The notes under the pieces: generated by a model
The model's database searches: none
Seen by the model: only the letters and a program-made list of their open reading frames with translations
What the model was told of the DNA's origin: nothing
Translations under genes and position numbers: made by a program
Shown here: positions 1-9,180 of the stretch, piece after piece
Numbering within the stretch: the stretch's first letter is position 1
Layout: every line of letters begins with the position of its first letter
Assembly: GCA_041665005.1 (NCBI GenBank)
Contig: JBAYJR010000004.1
Location: 20,669-84,668 of the forward strand
DNA length: 64,000 bases
Source: Candidatus Buchananbacteria bacterium
GTDB taxonomy: Bacteria; Patescibacteriota; Patescibacteriia; 2-01-FULL-39-33; JBAYJR01
Reading direction: 5' to 3'

Positions 1-984
1 ATAATTTTGTAAGGCCGCCGGATCTCTTAATAATTCTTTAACTAACTTAACCAACAACTGATCCGTTAAAAATTGTTGCATTATCACCAGCGCCGCATTG
101 TGTTTTTGGTAATACAAAGCATTGTCTTCTTGATGACTATCGGCAATCGGAATTAAAATAGTCGGTTTACCCAGCACCGATAACTCCGTCATAGTGCCAA
201 GCCCTGCCCGTGACACCACCACATCAGCGGCCGCCAACGCCTCGGGCATTTCGGTGCTTAAAAATTCAAAATTATGATACTGAGAATGCTCTATTCCTTC
301 AATTGTTTTACCGCGACCGGAAGAATGAATAATTTGACAAAATTGTAACAACTCAGGCAAGGCCTTAACTAACACCTCATTAATAAACTGCGCGCCAGTC
401 CCACCACCTAACACCAATAAAGTTGGTAAATCTGGCGACAATTGAAAAAAATCCAAGCCACGCTGTTTGGTACAATTCAAGATTTCTTGACGGGCTGGAT
501 TACCTAAACATTCCGTTTTGGCGGCCGGATAATACTTTAAAGAATCAGGAAAGGTAACCGTAATTTTATCCGCCAACGGGGCGCAAATTTTATTAGCTAA
601 ACCGGGCCGTAAATCTTGCTGATGAATTAAAATTTTTTTTCGCAATAAAAACGCCGCTATCACCACCGGCACCGAAACAAAGCTGCCAGCCGAAACTACC
701 ACCGTTGCCCTAAATTGCCAAATAATTTTTAAGGCTTGACCCAGGCCAACCAAAATTAAAAAAGGATCAACTAAATTATGCCAATCTAAATAACGTCGCA
801 ATTTACCGGACCAAATTGCCTTAAACTCAATTTGATATTTTTCAACTACCGCCTTTTCTGGCCCCGTCTTCGTCCCAATAAACAAAAATTCGGTAGCCAA
901 ATCAAGATTTTTTATTTCTTCATATAAAGCTAATAATGGACTAACCGAACCCATCGTACCGCCACCAGTTAAAATAATCTTCAT
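1..984 (-). CDS. murG: MurG undecaprenyl-PP-MurNAc-pentapeptide GlcNAc transferase (3' part runs off window start)
   Basis: Minus-strand reading frame with ATG at 982-984, absent from the supplied track because it is truncated by the window edge. Translation begins MKIILTGGGTMGSVSPLLALYEE... with the GT-B glycosyltransferase Gly-rich loop. It sits immediately downstream of ftsW, the normal dcw-cluster position. Confidence 0.8.
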   Translation of the reverse strand, partial: MKIILTGGGTMGSVSPLLALYEEIKNLDLATEFLFIGTKTGPEKAVVEKYQIEFKAIWSGKLRRYLDWHNLVDPFLILVGLGQALKIIWQFRATVVVSAGSFVSVPVVIAAFLLRKKILIHQQDLRPGLANKICAPLADKITVTFPDSLKYYPAAKTECLGNPARQEILNCTKQRGLDFFQLSPDLPTLLVLGGGTGAQFINEVLVKALPELLQFCQIIHSSGRGKTIEGIEHSQYHNFEFLSTEMPEALAAADVVVSRAGLGTMTELSVLGKPTILIPIADSHQEDNALYYQKHNAALVIMQQFLTDQLLVKLVKELLRDPAALQNY

Positions 985-1002
985 ATAAAATTAAAATAAT
1001 AA

Positions 1003-2169
1003 TTAACGAACATTGGTCTGCCGAGAAATATTAACTAAAATTCCCATCGCTGACAAGCCGGCTAACAAGGCGCTGCCGCCATAACTAATAAATGGCAGGG
1101 GCACGCCAGTTAAAGGCATTAAGCCAAGCATAGCGCTAATATTTAGAAAAGCTTGGCCGATTATCCAACTAATAATTCCCACCGCTAATAATTCACCAAA
1201 TTTATCCGGCGCCCGCCTAGCCACTTTAATGGCCCGAGCAAATAATACCAAGAAAGCTATAATTAAACCAGCGGAAAATAAAAAACCCATCTCTTCACCA
1301 ATTACCGCAAAAATAGAATCTCCCGTTACTTCCGGTAAATACTGAAACTTTTGGCGTGAATAACCTAAACCCCGACCCAACAGACCACCTGAACCAATGC
1401 CAATCATCGCCTGACGCAACTGGTAGCCTTGATCCTGACTCTCCACCGTGGCAGGATTTAAAAAAGTTTGTAGTCTTTGTTTAGCATGACTAGAGGTCAA
1501 CAATAAGCCCCCAACCAACACTAAGCCAACCGTCGCCAACACTGCCAAATGTCGATAACGAGCACCAGCCACAAAATATAAAGTAGCGCCCATTAACAAA
1601 AAAATTGACATAGTGCCAAAATCTGGCTGTAAAGCCACTAAACCTAGTACCACTAACAAAATAACAACCACCGGCAACACCCCCAGCCATAAATTCTTTA
1701 CGGCCTCGCCTTTTTGGGCCAAAAAAGCGCTAAAAAACAAAGCAAAAACTACCTTAGCCAACTCGGATGGCTGGACCGGTATGCCAAAAAGTTGCACCCA
1801 GCTTAAGGCACCTTTGTTTAAAGAAGTGCCCAAACCTGGAATAAAAACTGACAATAATAAGGCCAGCAAAGCCACTGCCACCCAGGTTTTAGCTTTAAGC
1901 CAAAAATGATAATCTAGGCGTGATAAAATAAAAAATAAAATTAGACCCGGTAAAAAGCCAACCAATAATTGATGCTTAATAAAATAAAAAGAATCACCAA
2001 ATTTTTGATACCCCACCGCCGAACCAGCCGAAGCCAGCATAAACAAACCGACAAAAACAATAAAAAATAACGAGCCGAGCAACCAATAATCCGGCCGATG
2101 CAAATAATTGCTGGCGGATAAATTTTGCGTTAAAAAACGCGAAGATGATCTGGTGCGACGTCTAATCAT
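1003..2169 (-). CDS. ftsW: FtsW/RodA (SEDS) family peptidoglycan polymerase / cell-division protein
   Basis: 388-aa polytopic membrane protein with a conserved C-terminal SEDS segment (...PLTGVPLPFISYGGSALLAGLSAMGILVNISRQ). Located between murD and murG as in dcw clusters. Confidence 0.8.
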   Translation of the reverse strand: MIRRRTRSSSRFLTQNLSASNYLHRPDYWLLGSLFFIVFVGLFMLASAGSAVGYQKFGDSFYFIKHQLLVGFLPGLILFFILSRLDYHFWLKAKTWVAVALLALLLSVFIPGLGTSLNKGALSWVQLFGIPVQPSELAKVVFALFFSAFLAQKGEAVKNLWLGVLPVVVILLVVLGLVALQPDFGTMSIFLLMGATLYFVAGARYRHLAVLATVGLVLVGGLLLTSSHAKQRLQTFLNPATVESQDQGYQLRQAMIGIGSGGLLGRGLGYSRQKFQYLPEVTGDSIFAVIGEEMGFLFSAGLIIAFLVLFARAIKVARRAPDKFGELLAVGIISWIIGQAFLNISAMLGLMPLTGVPLPFISYGGSALLAGLSAMGILVNISRQTNVR

Positions 2170-2171
2170 AA

Positions 2172-3590
2172 TTATTTTAATTTCTTAATATTTTTTAAAA
2201 ACTGCTGACCGCGATCAAATTCATTTTTAAACAAGCCAAAAGAGGCACAGGCTGGTGATAATAAAATTACCCCTCCCCGCTTAGCCTTTAGCCAAGCCAG
2301 CTTAACCGCCTCGGACATGCTGCTCACTTCAGCTAAACTGGAATAATTTTTTAAGTCAGCTTTAATTTTTTCCGTGCCCGCACCGGGCAATAATACTAAA
2401 TATTTAACCCGGCGCTTAATTTCTTTAGTTAATCCAGAAAATTCTAGTTTTTTATCAGCCCCCCCAGCAATTAAAATTATTTGCTGGGCAGTTTTGGTTA
2501 AGGCCTGCAAAGCAGCTAAGGTGGCATCTGGCGTCGTCGCCGTAGTGTCATTATAAAAATTTATACCGCGTAAACCTTTTACTAATTCCAACCGATTAGC
2601 TAGGCCCACAAATTTTAAACTTTGCTTGCGAACAATTTTTAAGGGCACTCCAAAAGCCAAAGCGGCCGTAGTGGCAATTAAAACATTTTTAACGTTGTGC
2701 TCACCTAAAACTTTTAATTGCTTAACGCGACAAATTTTTTGCTCTTGACCGAACCGTCTAAAATATAAAACTTGATTTTTAATAAACCCACCATTTTGTT
2801 CGGCAAAATATTTTTGACTAACCCAAAACCTTTGGGCTAAACAACGAATACCCATCGCTTTGGTAAATTTATTATCCAAATCAAACACTGCAATATCTGA
2901 TGGTTGTTGATAGCGCCAAAGATGTTCCTTGGCCGCGGCATATTCTTTAAGATTTTTATAAGTGTTTAAATGATCCGGCAAAATATTAGTAACGATTGCT
3001 AATTGCGGAGATTTTTTAAGATCAGCCAAGCTTTCTGCCATCCAAGAAGAAATTTCTAAAACTACCGGCGTGGTTGGTTTTAAATTTTTTAAGTGCAATA
3101 ATGGCGATTGCCCTAAATTACCCCCCAGTAAACTTTGCGGCTCCCAGGCTTTGATAATTTGGTAAAGTAAAGTAGCGGTAGTGCTTTTACCACGGGTGCC
3201 GGTCACGCCTAAAATTGGCCCGGCATAAAGTTTAATAAATAAACTAATATCGGTATAAATCGGAATTTTATTGGCCCGCGCCAACTTTAAAAAATTTGAA
3301 CTAGCTGGCACTCCCGGGTTGCGAATAATTATTTTAGCCGCGGCAAAATCTTTGGCCCGATGCTTGCCTAAAACAAAAGTTAATTTAGCCAAAGGATGTT
3401 GCTTAGCAAATTTTTGTAATTCCTTAACTGGTTTAGCAAGTTGTTTACTGGTTTTTAAATCGGTTATCAAAACTTTAGCTTGTTGCTCAATAAAAAATTT
3501 GGCCGCGGAAATACCGCTACCTTGTTCGTATAGGCCTAAGCCCATAATTACTACTTTTTGGCCAAAAAAATTGTTGGATTTTTCTACCAT
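2172..3590 (-). CDS. murD: UDP-N-acetylmuramoylalanine--D-glutamate ligase MurD
   Basis: 472 aa with a Mur-ligase P-loop (GVTGTRGKSTTATLL) and an N-terminal Rossmann segment (VVIMGLGLYEQGSG). Its position upstream of ftsW supports the murD call. Confidence 0.85.
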   Translation of the reverse strand: MVEKSNNFFGQKVVIMGLGLYEQGSGISAAKFFIEQQAKVLITDLKTSKQLAKPVKELQKFAKQHPLAKLTFVLGKHRAKDFAAAKIIIRNPGVPASSNFLKLARANKIPIYTDISLFIKLYAGPILGVTGTRGKSTTATLLYQIIKAWEPQSLLGGNLGQSPLLHLKNLKPTTPVVLEISSWMAESLADLKKSPQLAIVTNILPDHLNTYKNLKEYAAAKEHLWRYQQPSDIAVFDLDNKFTKAMGIRCLAQRFWVSQKYFAEQNGGFIKNQVLYFRRFGQEQKICRVKQLKVLGEHNVKNVLIATTAALAFGVPLKIVRKQSLKFVGLANRLELVKGLRGINFYNDTTATTPDATLAALQALTKTAQQIILIAGGADKKLEFSGLTKEIKRRVKYLVLLPGAGTEKIKADLKNYSSLAEVSSMSEAVKLAWLKAKRGGVILLSPACASFGLFKNEFDRGQQFLKNIKKLK

Positions 3591-3672
3591 ATAACTTGTC
3601 TAGTATAACAAAAATCCGCGGTTTTTTCAAACCGCGGAATAAAGTAAAAAAAATAAAATCAAAGACCAAAGA

Positions 3673-4737
3673 TCAAAGAATACTCACCAAAAAACGGCCA
3701 GCCTTGCTGGAATTGGGATTGCCCGGAGCGCCCTGAATCAAGTCGACCTGCGCAAAGTTACGATAGAAATAGACATACGGCACGCAGCCAAGTTTTTTTA
3801 AACAACTGCTAAGCAGATAACAAGCCTTGCTCGAACCTTGATAACCATCAATCACTTGGTTGGTTTGGGTTAAGTGGCTTAAGGCATAAATTAACCATGA
3901 TTCTGGGGTTAGACCTTGTTCACCTTTATACTGAGGGTCGGTTTGGAGTTGTTTAAGATAGTTATTGGGTGATTGGTTAGCTTCTGGTTGCTGGCGATGA
4001 GCGATGATTTTACCTTGGCCTTCGGGTGGAAGGTCGGGTAGGTCTTCAAGTAACAGGACTTGCCAGGCTTGGGTGGGTAAAAGTTCTTGTTTGGTTTTAC
4101 CTTGGTGATCAGTTTTGGAATATTCTTGGGGGAAATATGCTAAATCTCCTGTGGCTTCAGCTTCTACCAATCCAGCATCATCAAAAATAAACTTTGTGCC
4201 AATCTCTTTATTAAGCCCTAAGGGTTGATTTTGGGTATCTCGGAGCTCACCTCGCTGATGATGTTCTATTAGAGCCCTGTCATAAGCCTCTATTAGAGAA
4301 CCTATTGGTAAACCAAAAGGAACAAGGATTAGTTTAACAAAGCCTTGTTTAATTTTAGTTTCAAAAAACTTACGTTTTTCTAGCATTATTTCTTCAATCT
4401 GTTCTAGGGTGGGTATGGGGTATTCTTGCTTATCAATTGCTTCAATACCTAATTTGCCAGTGGAGAGGGTTTTTAGGAGGTTGTTTTTACGGAGAATGTC
4501 TACTTGGGCTTCATACTGGGCTTTAAGGTTTTCTGGGGTTAGTTCGGGGGTGTTGAGCCAGAGTTGGTCTTGGAGTTCTTGGAGGGTTTGTTCTAATTTA
4601 GTTTTAGCTTCTCTGATAAAGATAAGATCGTCTGACTTTCCTGTTTGCGGTAAACCGGCTAATTCTTGATTGAATGTTTGTTTTAGTTGTTTAAGAGACT
4701 CTAGTTCAAGGGTAAGTCTTTGACAGGATTGAGGCAT
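3673..4737 (-). CDS. Hypothetical protein, paralog family member 1: conserved N-terminal coiled-coil module plus C-terminal domain 'A'
   Basis: 354-aa ORF with a canonical ATG. N-terminus MPQSCQRLTLELESLKQLKQTFNQEL...; C-terminal ~290 aa are ~70-75% identical to ORFs 6049..7107 and 51558..52631 (shared LGIEAIDKQEYPIPTLEQI, ELLPTQAWQVLLLEDLPDLP, YLKQLQTDPQYKGEQGLTPESW). No signal peptide and no recognisable catalytic motif. Confidence 0.6.
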   Translation of the reverse strand: MPQSCQRLTLELESLKQLKQTFNQELAGLPQTGKSDDLIFIREAKTKLEQTLQELQDQLWLNTPELTPENLKAQYEAQVDILRKNNLLKTLSTGKLGIEAIDKQEYPIPTLEQIEEIMLEKRKFFETKIKQGFVKLILVPFGLPIGSLIEAYDRALIEHHQRGELRDTQNQPLGLNKEIGTKFIFDDAGLVEAEATGDLAYFPQEYSKTDHQGKTKQELLPTQAWQVLLLEDLPDLPPEGQGKIIAHRQQPEANQSPNNYLKQLQTDPQYKGEQGLTPESWLIYALSHLTQTNQVIDGYQGSSKACYLLSSCLKKLGCVPYVYFYRNFAQVDLIQGAPGNPNSSKAGRFLVSIL

Positions 4738-4762
4738 AAAATATTTTTAAAAAATATTATAC

Positions 4763-6037
4763 TTAAATCTGTTTATTTATTTCTAAATACTTAACAAAAG
4801 TTTTAAAATCAACCGGAAGATCTTGGGCTAATCTATCTAAAGGACTTTTGTCTGCAAAAAGACCCTTTCTGCTTGCTATTTTTTCAAATATTTCATTTCT
4901 AAAGCCCCAAGCCTGAGGAGAATCTAAACCAGCTAAACTTCTAACCAAGCCAAAAAATATATCAGTATTTATGGTTGAATTTTCAGTAGTGGCTAAGATT
5001 AGATTTCTTAAATTCCACGCCTCTGGGGAGTCTAATCCCGCCAAACTTTTGGCAAGCTCTTTATTATAATTTGTATTTAATAAATTCCTTCGCCACTCCC
5101 AAGCTTGCTCAGAATCCAAGCCGGTTAAACTTTCAATAGTATTAATTATATTTGCTCCTCCTACTGTTAAACCCAACTTTTTTCTAAACTCCCAAGCTCT
5201 GGCAGAGTCTAAACCGGCCAAACTGGACATAAGTTTGTTACTACGACTAATCTTATTTTGTTTTGTCGTAGCTTTTAAAATATCTCCCCTAAACTCCCAG
5301 GCGGCCGGAGAATCCAAACCTTTTACACTCTCAATTATACGATCCAAATCTACTTGCTGGTCAAATAATTCTGCTCTAAATTCCCAGGCGGCCGGAGAAT
5401 CCAAACCGACCAAGCTAAGGACTAACTCGGGTATATTTTCCTTTTGCTTTAACAATTTTTTTCGCCACTCCCAAGCCTGAGGAGAATCTAAACCATCTAA
5501 ACTACGAGCAATATAACCATTAGTTAATTCGTCCGACAACTTTTCTCGCCACTCCCAAGCTCTGGCAGAATCCAAGCCAGTCAAGCTAGTTGCTATAAAG
5601 CCTTTTCTTCCTACCTGGGCTAAAAGATTTTCTCGCCATTCCCAAGCTTTAGGAGAATCCAAACCAGTTAAACTGATTTCCAAACAACCTTCGGCTACTT
5701 TTTGTGCTAATAACCTTTCTCTTAATTTCCAAGCCGAATCGGAATCAAAATATTTTAATCCCAAGGCAATAAAATTTTGATCAAAATTTTCGGCTAAAAG
5801 TTGCTCGTAATATTCAAGACAATGTTGTTCAAATTCGGCATAAATAAATTCCGGCATTGACCGCTCAATTTTTTTTAAAGCAAATTTAAAATCTTCTTTA
5901 ATTTTCCTAAGCAAAGCTAAGTCCTCGGACTTTTTGGAGTCTAGATCTTTAATTTTAGTTAATTCCAAATCAAACTGTTGTTTAAGCGTTTTAAGGGATT
6001 CTAGTTTGGTAGTAAGTTCTGGGCAAAGTTGGGGCAT
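4763..6037 (-). CDS. Hypothetical protein, paralog family member 2: same N-terminal module fused to ten tandem ~30-aa helical repeats (motif sLxGLDSPxAWEWRxxLL)
   Basis: 424-aa ORF. The first ~35 codons are near-identical at the DNA level to the 5' end of ORF 6049..7107. The remainder is ten tandem repeats (GLDSPKAWEWRENLL, GLDSARAWEWREKL, GLDSPQAWEWRKKLL, GLDSPAAWEFRAEL, ...) resembling TPR/HEAT-like alpha-solenoid units. Confidence 0.6.
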   Translation of the reverse strand: MPQLCPELTTKLESLKTLKQQFDLELTKIKDLDSKKSEDLALLRKIKEDFKFALKKIERSMPEFIYAEFEQHCLEYYEQLLAENFDQNFIALGLKYFDSDSAWKLRERLLAQKVAEGCLEISLTGLDSPKAWEWRENLLAQVGRKGFIATSLTGLDSARAWEWREKLSDELTNGYIARSLDGLDSPQAWEWRKKLLKQKENIPELVLSLVGLDSPAAWEFRAELFDQQVDLDRIIESVKGLDSPAAWEFRGDILKATTKQNKISRSNKLMSSLAGLDSARAWEFRKKLGLTVGGANIINTIESLTGLDSEQAWEWRRNLLNTNYNKELAKSLAGLDSPEAWNLRNLILATTENSTINTDIFFGLVRSLAGLDSPQAWGFRNEIFEKIASRKGLFADKSPLDRLAQDLPVDFKTFVKYLEINKQI

Positions 6038-6048
6038 AAATATTTTAT

Positions 6049-7107
6049 TTAAGAAATACTTACTGCAAACCGGCCGGTACCGTCAGAACCGGAATCGTCC
6101 GGATCATACTGAACCAAGTAGACCCGAGCACGGCCACGGCCGAAGCCGGCGAACGGCACGCTGCCAAATTCTTTAAAACAACTACTAAGTAAATAACAAG
6201 CCTTACCCGAACCCTGATAATTATCAATCACTTGGCTAGTTTGTTCTAAATGACTTAGGGCATAAACTAGCCAGGATTCCGGGGTTAAACCTTGTTCACC
6301 TTTATATTGAGGGTCAGTTTGGAGTTGTTTAAGATAGCTATTGGGTGATTGGTTAGCTTCTGGTTGCTGACGTTTAGCTATGATTTTACCTTGACCTTCA
6401 GCTGGAAGGTCGGGTGAGTCTTCAAGTAGTAGGACTTGCCAGGCTTGGGTGGGTAGAAGTTCCTGTTTGGTTTTACCTTGATGAGTAGTTTTGGAGTATT
6501 CTTGGGGAAAATATACCAAGTCTCCTTTTTCATCAGCCTTTGCGTATTCAACCAAGTCATTAATAGGTTCTCCCTTAAGCTCTAAGGGTTTATTTTGGGT
6601 GTCCAAAAGTTTGCCTTGCTGGTGGTGTTCGGTTAGGGCATCGCCATAGGCCTCTTTCAGAGAGCTAATTGGTAAGCCAAAGGGAACAAGAACTAGCTTG
6701 ACAAAACCTTGATTGATTTTGGTTTTAAAGAATTCTGGTTTTTCTAGAATTGTTTCTTTAATCTGTTCTAGGGTGGGTATGGGATATTCCTGCTTATCAA
6801 TTGCTTCAATGCCTAGTTCACCAGTGGTGAGGGTTTTTAGGAGGTTGTTTTTACGGAGGAGGTCTACTTGGGCTTCGTACTGAGTTTTAAGGCTTTCTTG
6901 AGCTAGTTCAAGAGTTTCTATCCATATTTTGTTTTGAAAGTCTTGGAGGGTTTGGTTTAGTTTGGATTTTATATTTCTGATGAAAATAAGATCGTCTGAC
7001 TTTTTGGAATCGAGATTTTTAATTTTAGTAAATTCCAAATCAAACTGTTGTTTAAGCGTTTTAAGGGATTCTAGTTTGGTAGTAAGTTCGGGGCATTGAG
7101 AATTCAT
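6049..7107 (-). CDS. Hypothetical protein, paralog family member 3 (N-module plus domain 'A')
   Basis: The track ORF 6049..7128 opens with a TTG. The conserved family start MNSQCPELTTKLESLKTLKQQFDLEF... corresponds to the ATG at 7105-7107. The C-terminal domain is homologous to 3673..4737 and 51558..52631. Confidence 0.6.
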   Translation of the reverse strand: MNSQCPELTTKLESLKTLKQQFDLEFTKIKNLDSKKSDDLIFIRNIKSKLNQTLQDFQNKIWIETLELAQESLKTQYEAQVDLLRKNNLLKTLTTGELGIEAIDKQEYPIPTLEQIKETILEKPEFFKTKINQGFVKLVLVPFGLPISSLKEAYGDALTEHHQQGKLLDTQNKPLELKGEPINDLVEYAKADEKGDLVYFPQEYSKTTHQGKTKQELLPTQAWQVLLLEDSPDLPAEGQGKIIAKRQQPEANQSPNSYLKQLQTDPQYKGEQGLTPESWLVYALSHLEQTSQVIDNYQGSGKACYLLSSCFKEFGSVPFAGFGRGRARVYLVQYDPDDSGSDGTGRFAVSIS

Positions 7108-7151
7108 AAAGATAGCAATTAACAACAAAAACTATTAAATCAGTTAACCAA

Positions 7152-8195
7152 CTATATTTTATCCAACAAAAATATAATCAAGCCAATCGCCGCCATTACT
7201 CCGGAGATTACCCAAAACCGCATCACAATTTTTGTTTCCGGCCAACCAATCGCCTCCAAGTGATGGTGGATTGGTGCGGATAAAAAAACTTTTCGCTTAA
7301 ATACCTTTTTAGAAAAGACTTGGATGATTACTGATAAAGATTCAATTACAAACAATAAACCAATAATTGGCAACAACAAAACTTGATTAGTTAACATCGC
7401 CACAATTCCTAAAACCACCCCCAAAGACATTGCCCCAGTATCTCCCAAAAAGAATCTAGCGGGATTAATATTAAACCACAAGAAGGCTAATAGCGCTCCC
7501 GAAATCACCCCGCACAAAGTTGCTAAATCATATTTACCTTGAGCAAAAGCAATAATACCATAAGAAGCAAAAGCGGCCATTAAGGTGCCACCGGCCAAAC
7601 CATCCAAACCATCAATTTCATTGACCGAAAAAGCGGTGGCCACAATTACAAAAATAAACATTGGAAGATACCACCAGCCAATTTCATAATTACCCATAAA
7701 TGGCACATGAATAAAATTCCAACCCAATTTATAATAAAACCAATAAGCTCCTACGGTCGCAATTAAAGTGTAAGTTAACAAACGGGCCTTAACGCTTAAA
7801 CCGCCACCCTTAGGGCCCCAGCGCCAAACATTTAATAAATCATCAACTAATCCAACTACCGCCGCGGCCACCAAAGCACCCAAAGGCAACCAGGTTTGAC
7901 TACGACTTAAAAAATTTAAATCCGACCAAAAACCGTCAAAATATTGACTGAGGTAATAAACTGCCAAGGCTAAAACTAAAGTAGTCACCCACACCAACAA
8001 GCCACCCATCGTCGGCGTGCCGGATTTTTTTTGATGAATGGCCGACATAATCGGCGCGGCTTCGGAAGCGCGAATTTGCTTGCCTAGTTTATATTTATAC
8101 AAAAAGTGAGTCAACAGCGGCGTCCACATTACTGCCAACACAAAAGACAAAGTAGTTAAGAAAAAAGTTTTAGCAATTAACAAATTTAAACTCAT
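7152..8195 (-). CDS. mraY: Phospho-N-acetylmuramoyl-pentapeptide transferase MraY
   Basis: 347-aa polytopic membrane protein carrying the MraY/WecA signature (VNEIDGLDGLAGG) and the conserved C-terminal HHHLE motif (SAPIHHHLE). Confidence 0.9.
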   Translation of the reverse strand: MSLNLLIAKTFFLTTLSFVLAVMWTPLLTHFLYKYKLGKQIRASEAAPIMSAIHQKKSGTPTMGGLLVWVTTLVLALAVYYLSQYFDGFWSDLNFLSRSQTWLPLGALVAAAVVGLVDDLLNVWRWGPKGGGLSVKARLLTYTLIATVGAYWFYYKLGWNFIHVPFMGNYEIGWWYLPMFIFVIVATAFSVNEIDGLDGLAGGTLMAAFASYGIIAFAQGKYDLATLCGVISGALLAFLWFNINPARFFLGDTGAMSLGVVLGIVAMLTNQVLLLPIIGLLFVIESLSVIIQVFSKKVFKRKVFLSAPIHHHLEAIGWPETKIVMRFWVISGVMAAIGLIIFLLDKI

Positions 8196-8566
8196 ATATT
8201 GATTGAATAAATTAAACTAACCGCAATTAAAAAAATTATTTGAACAATCGTAGTTATTTGAATTAAAACTAAACTTAATAACTTTTCTTTAGTGTATAAA
8301 AATAAGGCTAAGCCAAAATTTAAAACTACCAAAAAACCCGCTAAGGCCGGATAAACCAGCAACCAGGTCCAAGGGCCTAAAAAATCTACGCCAAAATAGA
8401 TATTGTAATGCAAGACTAAAGAATGAGAAACTGGTTGAGCCAATAACAACACCAAAAACCACAGCACCGGATAAAGCACTAAACACAACCAAAAATTTAC
8501 CAGCACAAACAAGTCACGTCTGGCCGGATGATTAGCTAAATATTCTTTAGCGCGAGTGTAAAACAT
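8192..8566 (-). CDS. Hypothetical small membrane protein (about 4 TM helices)
   Basis: 124-aa hydrophobic ORF whose stop overlaps the mraY start by 4 nt. No recognisable family. Confidence 0.35.
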   Translation of the reverse strand: MFYTRAKEYLANHPARRDLFVLVNFWLCLVLYPVLWFLVLLLAQPVSHSLVLHYNIYFGVDFLGPWTWLLVYPALAGFLVVLNFGLALFLYTKEKLLSLVLIQITTIVQIIFLIAVSLIYSINI

Positions 8567-8640
8567 AAAAATATTTTACCAAAAAACCCAGGCTTTGTCC
8601 AATTAATTCAAACACTGACCTAGGTTAATAATCCCCTAAA

Positions 8641-8668
8641 TAAAGCAGGGACAAAATTATTTGTCCCT
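8641..8668 (-). terminator. Candidate intrinsic terminator downstream of ORF 8681..9100
   Basis: Perfect 10-bp inverted repeat CAGGGACAAA-tta-TTTGTCCCTG at 8641-8665. On the minus strand it is followed by a short U-rich stretch (CUUUAUUU). Confidence 0.4.
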
Positions 8669-8680
8669 GAAAAAAACTTG

Positions 8681-9100
8681 TTAAAAATTAAATTTTCTAA
8701 TCCGCTCAAGCAGTAATTCTAACTGCTTAATTAAATAATCATAATCTGGCTGACTTAAAGCTTCAGGCTTAACAATAACTCGAGCTAAGCCCGCGCTCAC
8801 TTTATTGGTCTCAAACTCCCAACAGTTCCTAACTACCTGACTGACAAACAAGGCCAACATACCCTCATCATCCTTATTTACCTCGTTGGTAGTTTCTTGG
8901 TTATGCTCATCGGCAAAAACCAAAAGATTACGCGTTTTAACAAACCAATGATTTTTTTCCTGCGCGACAGTTTTGTTGCCAAATTCATGACGAGCTAAAT
9001 CATGTAACCGAACAATGGTGTTATTCAGGATGTGCTCTAAGTCAGATTTATGTTGCAAAACTGGCAGTTGAACAATCCCAGCGGAGTTCTCGCCACTCAT
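8681..9100 (-). CDS. Hypothetical protein
   Basis: 139-aa ORF with no recognisable motifs, divergent from the pilus operon. Confidence 0.4.
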   Translation of the reverse strand: MSGENSAGIVQLPVLQHKSDLEHILNNTIVRLHDLARHEFGNKTVAQEKNHWFVKTRNLLVFADEHNQETTNEVNKDDEGMLALFVSQVVRNCWEFETNKVSAGLARVIVKPEALSQPDYDYLIKQLELLLERIRKFNF

Positions 9101-9180
9101 AATAATCCCTCCTTTAGTTTAGATTATTAATGTTTTAACAAAGAACGATGAAACAGTCAAGTTTTTAATTAATTGATAAA

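Noticed and set aside
1490-1909. Track ORFs 1490..1690(-) and 1613..1909(+) inside or antisense to ftsW
   Set aside because: They lie entirely within the ftsW coding region in other frames, give low-complexity translations and have no start context. They are typical shadow ORFs.
5235-5480. Antisense ORF within the repeat-protein gene
   Set aside because: It is a shadow of the strongly periodic repeat-coding sequence (SQAAGESKP... mirrors the GLDSPAAWE repeats on the other strand).
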